Assembly (NCBI GenBank): GCA_000934665.2
Contig: JYFJ02000400.1
Coordinates: 62,001-126,000, forward strand
Reading direction: 5' to 3'
Length of the DNA stretch: 64,000 nt
From: Catajapyx aquilonaris
Lineage: Eukaryota
A model generated the notes under the pieces. The model ran no database searches, was not told the origin of the DNA, and saw only the letters and a program-made list of their open reading frames with translations. Of the stretch, positions 53,550 to 64,000 are shown in pieces (positions within the stretch are counted from its first letter, which is position 1; every line of letters begins with the position of its first letter). Position numbers and translations under genes: made by a program.

Positions 53550-54520
53550 ACTTCTTGCAAAAAAAAAAAAAAAAAACATGACGTCGGCATAGGAGCCCAT
53601 AGGACTTTTAGTATGTTGTTCAGCACACTTAACGAAACATTTCCTCCAATTTTCAGATTTACTGGGTCAAACCTTAAAATGCCTGGGCTATAATGCAAGA
53701 TATGCATGAGTACCGTTATACCAAAAAAAACATAATAATTCATTTATTTTTGTCATGTTTCTGCAGGCATATTTAGTGCACTGGGAGTATATTATATGCA
53801 CATATCATATTACGTTCAGAATTATGGATATCATATGAGGCCGCAGGAAGTGCTGACACAAGACTCAACAGCAGTAGCCCTAGAGTGGATTCTGGGTATA
53901 TTCCCAGCCTTTCCAGCATGCTACGGATTGCTGCAGTTCGCATTAACCGCGACCTACGCCAACAAATGTAGCTATGTTGCAAGTGATGTCTTAGAAGAAG
54001 AATGCTTTAGCGATACACAAATATCTGATAATAATCTTCCTGGCGGTGACATACGGAAATGTTGTGGTAATACTTGTGAATAGAGACCCTTAAATATTAA
54101 TAATGCAAAATGTTGTTATCGTCATTTTATTTGCCGCAGCCGTATGCAAACCTGATGGAACCTGCAATGTCAGGATGAATTACATCACATGGGATATAAC
54201 CCGTACTGCTGAGTACATGGGAGAGAGTGGAAATAGCACATAATTATGGTGTTGGTATGGCCATATTTTTCCTGCTGCTGGATGGATGCATATATTTTGG
54301 ATTAGTGTTACTCCTGGAGAGCGGAATCCTGAAGCAGGCCGGCAATGCGGTTCCCTCTCGACGGATTGCAATAACGGACCAATCATACCTGGATGATGAT
54401 GTTCAAAATGAAAACGCCAAGGTCAACTACATGCGTATGTAAATTACGATATTTTCTCCTGTGGGAAGTGATGTGATTCAGCGACCCACACAAACTCCTG
54501 TGATTAGTTGCAAAAATCCT

Positions 54521-54524
<4 letters not shown>

Positions 54525-54596
<72 letters not shown>
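54525..54596. repeat. (AAT)n microsatellite
   Basis: Read directly from the sequence. Confidence 0.95.
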
Positions 54597-54597
<1 letters not shown>

Positions 54598-54689
54598 TAC
54601 TGTATAAAGTAATCCTGTAATCCTACTATTGCTTCAACTATATATAGAGAATGGTAGTAAAGTCATGCATCGAGTCATATTACGTACCC

Positions 54690-55606
54690 AAACCCATAAT
54701 GGTACGTTCACCCCATACAAGTTCAGTGGTGGGGTAACAAACCAAATGTGATTAAAAAATCTTCGATAAGATTATCTGGCCTTTAGAATGGATAAAGATG
54801 AATGGTACCAGTAGAGTTAAAAGGACGTACCAAAGTTGAAGTTGATTTGACAGTTGACAACTGAAGTACACATGATTGTATACCTTGGACGGGGACTACG
54901 TTGCTTAGCAGGAGGTATAGATTTTAAAAATGAAACTGATTGGCCATACAAATAATCCAAAGACCGCATTTAAATTAATTACAAAAAATCTAACACGGAA
55001 TTAGAAAATACAGTGTTATCGTGGCTTTCAGATATGAAATTTTCTATGCAGTTTTGAATGAATGGATTTTAGATCCATTTCACATTAATTGGGTTGGAAA
55101 TCATTATCCTAGTACGTTGGACAGATGTCTAAATAGATCATGTCGTCACATTTAATTTTTTAAATAAATTAAGCCGCGCCGTTGCAATCATGTGGTACAG
55201 CAAAGTGTAGCAATTTCAGAAAAAGTCCACGAGCCATTAACATTTTCTAATTCCGTGGTAGAGTAGTTGTTCTTGTAATTAATGTCAATGCTGTCTTTGA
55301 ATTTGTGTACCCAATCTGCTTCATTGTTAACATTTATGTTCTGATAAGTAACATATAAGCGTAGTGTCAGCAATTTTTTACCACACCCCACAGAAACTCA
55401 CTGGCCAAGGTGTAATCATGATAGTATATTTCTGTTGCCAAAGTTAAATCAGCTTCAAGTTGGTTGTCTTCCTAGCTCTACTGGTACCATTCATCATTAT
55501 CCTTTCTAAAGGCCAGATAATCTTAATGAAGATTTTTTTAAATCACATTTTGTTTCTTACCCCACCACTGAACTTGTATGGGTGGTGAACGTACCAATAC
55601 AGGGTT
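54690..55606. mobile_element. About 920-bp foldback/MITE-like element with long degenerate inverted arms
   Basis: ggtacgttcaccccatacaagttcagtggtggggtaa...agattatctggcctttagaa pairs with ttctaaaggccagataatct...ttaccccaccactgaacttgtatgggtggtgaacgtacc. Confidence 0.75.
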
Positions 55607-56299
55607 CGGGCTGGTAGGTTTTTAATGAGAATTTAAGTCAATGGAATTTTTCCAGCCCTACGTACGAGTACATTCGTAGTGAAGAATTTGTCGAAAAAAT
55701 TTGGAGACCTAATGGCAGTGAGGAACGTGAGTTTTGCCATCGAGGACAGCGAATGTTTCGGATTGTTGGGACTGAACGGCGCCGGAAAGACCACGACCTT
55801 CAGGATGCTGACCGGAGATGAGACACCGACCAGTGGCAATGCCTATCTGTTGGGGAAAGATGTCACGAGTTCGAGAAGAGAAGTAAGCTACTAACTGCGT
55901 CTATTTTTTCAGGTGGAAATAATATTATGCTTATTCTTTTCCCCGGACAGTACTTGTCCCAGATCGGTTACTGCCCCCAATTCGACGCTTTAATAGACGT
56001 CCTGACCGGCAAAGAGATGCTTCACATGTACGCTTCGTTGAGGGGGATAGCCGGTGAGGATAAGCGAGTCCAGGAGGTGAGGAGGTGGGTGAGGGACCTG
56101 GGCTTGCAAGAGCACAAGTCCAAGCCTTGCGGGACCTACTCCGGTGGGAACCAGAGGAAGCTGAGCACCGCCATTGCCCTCATTGGTGACCCCAAAGTGG
56201 TCTTCCTGGACGAGCCCACCAGCGGAGTTGACCCCGCAGCCAGGAGGAACCTCTGGAAGGTCCTGGCTCAGATCAAGTCCACCGGACAGGTGGTCATAC

Positions 56300-56777
56300 T
56301 GTAACGGTATACCCGTTACCCCACTTGTCCTCCCTTCTTACAATGCACCCTGCCTAAAACAGCCCATCTTACATACCACCCTGGAATATCCATCCTATCC
56401 CCTATTTATTGCCCTCCACCTTTCAGTCCAATTCCTGCCCCTACCTCCCATAAAAACCCTCCTTCAGTGAATGACACCCTGTTTGTCCAACTACCCAACG
56501 AGACCATCCTCTCTTGACCTCGCCACCCTCCTTCTTCTTGACCACCCTCTTGCTTTCCCCTGCCTTTTTGAAGCAGTCTGGATAGCAACCTCCTCCAGAT
56601 GACACCCATATTCCTCCTCCTGCACCTACAACATCCCCCGTACATCCTCCCTCGATCTACATTGTAATTGTTTATCTTGCCTCAATACATCAGTTATTCC
56701 ATTACTATTGACTCCCCTTATTCATTCCTCACACCCCCGTGACACTTCCCTCCTGACTTGACGTAATAAGTGTTACA
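56300..56777. mobile_element. Solo LTR (478 bp) inserted in an ABCA exon
   Basis: TGTAAC...GTTACA termini and 4-bp TSD ATAC (56296-56299, 56778-56781). Removing it restores [18 protein letters not shown]. Confidence 0.88.
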
Positions 56778-58270
56778 ATACTCACCTCGCACAGGTACTG
56801 TGAGATCACTTATACGAGGAGAGGAGACATCCTGCTGTACTATTACATGTACCAAACTCATCCCATACCACGCGTGTTCTAGCATGGACGAATGCGAAGC
56901 TCTGTGTTCTCGACTGGCCATTATGGTCAACGGCCAGTTCCAGTGCTTGGGAGGACCTCAGCACATTAAGTCCAAGTTTGGAAGAGGCTTCAGCGTGGTG
57001 CTGAAACTGAGGCAAGGCAGTGACGTTGCCAATCAGGAAGAAGAAGTGTCGGCTCTGAAAAGTCGAGTCGAGTCTACGCTTGCGCCTTGTGTCCTGATGG
57101 ACGAGCATCAGGTAACATAAGCACGATGATAATAATATCACTGTGTAGGGATTTCTGGTAAACAGAGAGTGCTAAATTAGGAAATACTCGTTAAGAGCAG
57201 AGTTTGCAAAATCATCGAGTTTGATTTGTTTACTCTTGTTCAAGTCTGCCTCAAAGTCATTGAGATATGTACCGGTATATCGATTAACCCCATGCTTCAA
57301 GTCCATATACCTGAAGTCGAGGTTGCCATCTCGGTCGTTGCCATGACAGTTCTGGGAAAGACAGCGTAGATCACACCACGGTCCAAATGGTGTTTGTTTG
57401 GGTGCTTGTTGCTTGTACTTGGCAGAATTGAGGGCTTTTGGTCGTTAATTTGGTAATTATTTAAGGAAACTAAGTTCTAAATCGAAATCATATAGTGCGG
57501 TTACCCGCCTGTACCTTGACCTTGGCGGATAGAGTGAACCCGGAAAACCGGAACTGGCAGGCGACCGGAAGTTGATAATGAAACCTATACAGTATTTTGA
57601 CACGCTGTAGCCGAAAAGCGGCTTGTTGAATAATTGCTGAATATAATCGCCCAAGGAACTTGCTGTTCCAGCAAAGCCCCATTGCCAAAGCCTCATTTTA
57701 AACTTTTTGCCACATTTCCCACAATTATTTCCCGGAACTGTCATGGCCGGAGGACTTTCATTCGATTCAAGATGTCCGCCGGTTGAGCATTTGTCTCAAT
57801 GTTTTTGGTCTGTTTGCTTGTTTCATATACTGTATATACAGTACAATCTGATCTGATCTTGCTGATAACATTGCCTTGTTTTCGGTTGCATTGTATGCAT
57901 TATTTTCTTTCTTTCTAGGGTCTACTGCAATATCATGTCACTAATACAACGTTGTCTTGGACTTTCCTCTTCCGAACCATGGAAAACTTGAAAAATGAGG
58001 TCGATCTGGTGGAAGACTACGCTATCAGCGAGACTACTTTGGAGCAAGTATTTCTCTCCTTCTCCAAACAGTTGTAGAAAACAAGAGTGAAGATTTTTTT
58101 TCCACGTCCGTGAAGAGAAAAGTTAACAAAATTGGACCAAAACTGATGGGAAAGAAACCAAGAGCTTCTGACAGCTGCATACCATCTTTCGGCTTTAAAA
58201 TCATGTTTGGGTGTGTCATATCGGGCACAGGGTAGACTACTTGATCTGGGAGCCACAGTAGCCTACTGTA

Positions 58271-58276
58271 AATAAA
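58271..58276 (+). terminator. Candidate polyadenylation signal of the ABCA gene
   Basis: AATAAA about 195 nt after the TAG stop. Confidence 0.4.
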
Positions 58277-58414
58277 CTCTGATAATTATTTATGACCGAT
58301 TTTAGCTAAAATTATGAAACGTTTAATGGGCCATTCAATTAATATCGTGTAAGTATTTAACAGAATAACAATTCTCCAACATGTTTTGTGCTTTTTATAC
58401 GATTGGTATGTGTA

Positions 58415-58843
<429 letters not shown>

Positions 58844-60953
58844 GGTATGTGCATATTTATTGCATAGTGTGTTGTTGGACTCAAGAATCTCGATTTTATG
58901 AATATTTGAGCCTGTGAACGAGCGCTGTTCGTCATGCTGAACAATAATTCCACCGCTACACTCTAGGCGTCACATAATAATAATTTAGTATGAGTCCACT
59001 ATAAAAGTCAGGCCACGATAACTTTCAATTGACGCCATCAGGTGCTGAACACACCCCTGGAACCTCCCATTTTCCAAGTTTCCATGGAGATGACCTCACA
59101 ATGAGTTTTTCAGGAATGTAGAAGTTTTCCTGAGCCTCATGAGTAGGCCTATTAATTATTGTGCGGCAACGAACAGAGGAGGAAATAATTCAAAATAGAA
59201 AAAAACAACATAGTGTATTTCAACAAGAACATATTGATATCCCTGCAAGAGTGGTGAAAGTCTCCAATTGCTACGTGTTCTGTACAATCATGTATTGTAC
59301 AAATCCTACTGTGCGTAATAATGAGAGGAATCATTATTTCCAATGCCAATGTAGCAATTTACATTTTTCCTGGTGTGTTTTGTGCTGCATGACAAAATCC
59401 CTGTAACACTGGATATCCATAATATAGGACAAGAACCAGGTTTCTTTTAGCTTCATCTGGTGCATTGTATTATGTGGCAAGGATTTTGTATGAACAATTT
59501 GGAATCGAGTAATAATTGACTGAATCTGGGCATGAGAGACATAAGAAGATTTTAAAAGTCAACTAAATGTCACAAACACTTTCACCCAATCAGACACGTT
59601 TTGTATAAGTGACACAAAACTGCACGATATCGTATATGACACACTGGATATCCTCAATTGTGGCAAAATACAGGCCAAAGCATGACTTTGTGGAATAATA
59701 ACAATCTAAGTGACAAATATGTGTGTGTGTCACTACAGCATACGTTTAGTGTTTTCTGCGGCATAATATTGTGTCCTTCTACTTTTATTTTCTTGTCTTA
59801 CTGTCACGAACACGTTTAACAAGGACCTGGCCGACACCATGTTACACAGTTTTGTTGTGTAAGACTCTCTTTGTGCATATAGCCTACTGTAAGCAACGGT
59901 AGGGTACTTATGAAGTTTTCACATTTTTTGACTTGTTATTTCAGGGGCATGTGTAACTGACGGCATATAAGTAAGGAACCATAACATACCTGTGCGCAAA
60001 TTAATAAGCACACTTTAATTGTATTTTGCTATTGTATTATGCGAATTCACGATACTTGTCCCACATTGCCAGGATTGTATTGCACATATCAGTACAGGAT
60101 GGTGACCAAGACACATGACCTAATACCGTAATTATCTTACGCGGAGGAAAGCTATTCTTATACAAGTAAATCAGCATAAGCAACTTTTGTATGTTTTTTG
60201 AAGTACTGTATGCATATGTGCAGAATGTCATGTGTTTCAACCCTACAACCAGCATTTGGTGCTAAATAATCAGTTACAGCTGCTTGTTCTGTCAGATACA
60301 CATCTTACAGAATGTTCCATATACACTTCACTTGAAAAGGCCATTACTTCGGTTACTCGGTTTCGGAAATCCCATGACTTTCTGAATAGAGAAATCCTCT
60401 CTTCTGCAGAACATCACTCCGGAAGTTTGTCAGTTTCCAAATGGTAAAATCCTGTACTTTTTTCCCATTATTTCAGTGTTCATTGCTGAAGGTTCGAAAT
60501 AAAAATTCCCTCCAAGCGGACCGTGATTGTACGAAACGTTTCCAAGAAGTACGGCAGAGGGAAAACAGCCCAACGTGTATTTCGTAACCTGTAAATCGAC
60601 GTTCATGCAGGAACCATGTGAGCAATCTAGTCATTAGAAGAGAAAAAGGTCCATTGCTTTCTTGAGAGCTATTGCATGATGGATGAGTTAACAACTCTAA
60701 TGAGAACCACCAGTTGCATACTGTTTAAATCAATTGGTAAAGGTCTTACGTGTACGCCTGCTTTGTTTCACTACTTTCAGTGTTTAGTCCCCAACTACGG
60801 TAGACTTTTAGAGGAGCTCGTCAAATCCTCGGCAAAGTGAGGGTCATACCATCCAATTCTAAAGGACCAAAGAGAATATTAAGCCCGACATAAAACCTCC
60901 CCAGGAAGAAGTTGGCAGAATAAGCCTTTGGCAGTTACAGGTATATATAGCCT

Positions 60954-60974
60954 ATATATATATATATATATATA
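60954..60974. repeat. (TA)n microsatellite
   Basis: Read directly from the sequence. Confidence 0.9.
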
Positions 60975-61373
60975 TTTTTAACAGGTATATTCGCATCCAC
61001 AATATTCCTTATTCTTGGACGCCTCTTGCCTGCTGAAACATTTTCTTCCACAAAACAGGTTCATGCCACGTTATAGCCCCATTATCATAGATTCATTTGG
61101 CATGAATTTCAAAATGAGATCTCACAGGTCAGAAAATGAAATGTGACCGGCTTTTTCCGATTCCAGATCACTGTGCGCCGCCGGTGGGGGTGCTGTCGTT
61201 GCGCTGACCTCACCTGCTACGTACGATTGTGGGTGGCGGTTGCCGTCCTGCATGGGGCCACTGGAGCAGCAGGAGCAGCAGCAGTGATGAAGCATGAAGG
61301 AGCTTTTGATGACCAGCAGCTGCAGCCCACCGATTGACCAGCAGTTCCTCTTTTCCTTTCCTCTTCCCCCTCC

Positions 61374-62083
61374 ACTAACAAGGGAACGGTCAGGGTCGAG
61401 AACCTCCGATTTGGTTGAAACTGGCTTGAGGGGTCATTTATGCGCGATAGACACAGTGGTGAAAGTGTTATCTCGCAACGTCCAGCCGTTTCCGAGATAT
61501 GAGCGACAGAAACATCCGAATTTTGGCCGCGCGCATTTGCCGGGAGCCTCTCTGCCAGCTCCAAATCCCTTCTACCTTGATTCCCCCCGCCCCCTTTACC
61601 CACTCTTCGATCCCACACCACCATCCCCCACTCCCCCACCAACATTTTCGTTTTCCATAGTTTCTTTGCTCCGGTATTTATTATGAGTTTTCCCATTACC
61701 CATTACCCAATTTTAGGTATAGAAGCTCTTTCTTCGCAGTTGACAGAAGCGAAAGAAAGCAGCTTGATGGTCTCATAAAATACCGGAGCAAAGAAACTAT
61801 GGAAAACGAAAATGTTGGTGGGGGAGTGGGGGTTGGTGGTGTGGGATCGAAAAGTGGGTAAAGGGAGCGGGGGGAATCAAGGTAGAAGGGATTTGGAGCT
61901 GGCAGAGCGGCTCCCGGCAAATGCGCGCGGCCAAAATTTGGATGTTTCTGTCGCTCATATCTGGGAAACGGCTGGACGTTGCGAGCTAACACTTTCACCA
62001 CTGTGTCTATCGCACATGAATGACCCCTCAAGCCAGTTTCAACCAAATCGGAGATTCTCGACCCTGACCGTTCCCTTGTCAGT
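61374..62083. mobile_element. About 710-bp foldback element, arms of about 310 bp (61374-61688, 61772-62083) around a spacer of about 83 bp
   Basis: Near-identical inverted arms; mirror-image ORFs 61294+ and 61696- in the ORF track reflect this. Confidence 0.85.
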
Positions 62084-62429
62084 TTGGGACCTGGAAGGTC
62101 CAAATACCAGTGCTCAAGGAACCCACCTAGTTTTCTTGGTATGAGCTAGCTAGGGGCGGACCCGGGGTCGTCACACTCTTCATCATCCAGGATTCACATC
62201 ATGCGTTTCAATCATCAAAAGGTCTGGATATAAAGGCAACAATAAATTGAGTCGACGGAAATAATATTATTGACTTTATTGTCGTTTATGCCACACAAGC
62301 ACGTGGTTATATATTCGTTATAGAAGATAGACTTTCAGACTTTTCCTCTTTAAAAAAAACAAACGAAAAAGTCCTATATGGAAAGGCTCTGTCCATCGTT
62401 GGACAGACGTAGGCTATCGGCGCTGGTAT

Positions 62430-62946
62430 ATTTTAATTGCCTTCTCTCTCTTTTTGTTGATGTTTTTATAGGCTACTGTGATAATTTCTTGAAACAGCAG
62501 AGAAGCAAGTTTTTTTTGCAAGATTGTAAGCATCCAAGCTGAATGCTGTTATCAAGTGGATTATTAACAACAATGTTGGAGCTTGATAATTAAATTGTTG
62601 GCAAAAATACTCATAATCTTTATTTGTGGACGTAAAAGAACCTGTTGACAAATTTCAGGTGGTCCTGTTGTGTGTCTGCTCAAGATTGCATGCGTCAGGT
62701 TAGTGGCAGTCATTATTATTTTCCATTCTTCTATTCAACCTCACGAGTACAACAAAGCATGAAACCTTTGCATTGTCCCGAGTAATATTTTATGAGTCTG
62801 TAGGCCTACTTGTATGTCACATTAGACTGTTGGAGCCTTCAAGGTTGAAGTCCGGTACCAGTTGCTTAACATTTAATCAGGGATCAGAAGTGTGTAATTA
62901 ATGGGTAAGTTGAATAATGTGGCAAGTGCATGTCTTTGAATGAGAT
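62430..62946 (+). repeat. Second copy of 40100-40623
   Basis: Direct similarity with scattered substitutions and indels. Confidence 0.9.
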
Positions 62947-64000
62947 TCAGTTAGACTAGATTGATAAAAATTGCCAGATCGTTTGGTACAAGAACGAGAA
63001 TCAACGCCCTGGGTGACACCCGCCTTCTGCCCTTCACAGGTAATGACAAACTTTGACTTATTGTTTGCAATTAGCCTACTACACAATGGCATATATCGAG
63101 TGTAGGCCCTATATGGGTTCAAATTTTATGAACGAACTTCCGACTGGAACTGTCTTTTGCCACTATAGCAAAATACCGTTTACCAACCTCTTGTGAAATA
63201 CTGCGGATAAGTGACTTTCCATGCTTGTTGTTACCTCAGGTGGCGATATGCTGGCAAAAAGAAACATTGACACAAATACACCATGGAAATAGTCGTCACA
63301 TGTGACGACTAAGATTTATTGATCAGTTTAATAGCCGTGCAATTTCAGATGCACAAAGACTGTGGTACTCCTCAATGATAATTATTATAAGTTAGTCTTA
63401 TTTTCCTGGTCCAGAAATTCTTATTTGTCGACGAAACACCTTGCAATACAATGTGACACGTATGGCCAGCCCTGCTCACACCCCACTCCCCACACGGTAC
63501 ATCTGACCAAACCCTGCCCATATAGATATTAAATATCTATGACCCTGACTGACACATCGCATTGCTTAGCCCTCATAAAAATAATGTCTGTAAACGAGCC
63601 GTGAAAAATATAAATCGGGTCGGGAAAACATCAATAACTCACTCAGAATAATGTGATGGATATATCTAACCCCAACACTGTGCCAGATAGCTCCTAATGG
63701 ATCGTTAGGAGCCCTTTTAAAGTGTGCTAACGATTTGTAAGTAGCTATCGAATAGGTCATTTTGTTGGTGCAATGACGCATAAGAGTGTGTAAAATCAGA
63801 AAATATTTATGACGTAGGACACTGCGCGTTTGTGAATTCAAAAGTGCAATTAGATAAAATATATTGGCCAAAAATAACCTTACTATTGTTCTAAACTCAT
63901 ATCTCGAGAGTGGATGGAGCCGTGTATATATACGTAATTATAGGTAACGCCCTTGGACGAGTATGGGGTATGTGGCTGGCAGAGTGAGACCCAGTGCAAA

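Larger units (their letters stand above)
49928..53690. mobile_element. About 3.8-kb foldback structure with inverted arms of about 800 bp in an ABCA intron
   Basis: Left arm 49928-50760 is the reverse complement of about 52460-53690. Ends are TAGCCC...GGGCTA, flanked by TAA on both sides (49925-49927, 53691-53693). No transposase ORF seen. Confidence 0.75.
41898..58077 (+). pseudogene. ABC transporter subfamily A (ABCA3-like) gene, apparently disabled
   Basis: Exons: 41898-42145, 42270-42358, 42567-42827, 45992-46110, 46635-46692 (chimeric), 46940-47095, 47161-47232, 47310-47448, 47531-47780, 47860-47945, 48199-48317, 48374-48847, 49067-49361, 49687-49812, 53767-54066, 54140-54434 (frameshifted), 55656-55882, 55951-56794 (split by LTR), 56883-57111, 57919-58077. 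ABCA motifs: [87 protein letters not shown]. Premature stops at 46650, 54241 and 56302. Confidence 0.85.

Noticed and set aside
61217..62144. Paired 110-159-aa ORFs
   Set aside because: By-products of the inverted repeat; no protein family features.
61142..62175. Second LTR (TGTGAC...GTCACA) enclosing the hairpin element
   Set aside because: Flanks (tgaaa / ctctt) show no target-site duplication.

Overview
Eukaryotic, arthropod-like genomic DNA. Bases 1.8-39.8 kb (+) hold the 3' part of a giant invertebrate titin gene of the sallimus/D-titin/I-connectin type. It has a 5,085-nt repeat exon and a 22,959-nt open exon block (35-aa tandem repeats plus PEVK-like arrays) that hides an in-frame 228-nt intron-like segment. 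Small exons follow, encoding SH3, 7 Ig, Fn3, 2 Ig, 4 Fn3 and a short tail, with no kinase; one intron is GC-AG. Bases 41.9-58.1 kb (+) hold a multi-exon ABCA (ABCA3-like) transporter gene that looks pseudogenised by three independent lesions: an exon-to-exon deletion removing most of TMD1 and the NBD1 Walker A, a +1 frameshift, and a 478-bp solo LTR inserted just before the NBD2 H-loop. Its introns are packed with nested inverted-repeat elements. A tRNA-derived SINE, a foldback element and a second copy of the ABCA upstream region (possible tandem paralog) follow. I found no clear evidence of a wholly new system. All coordinates were read by eye and no database searches were run.
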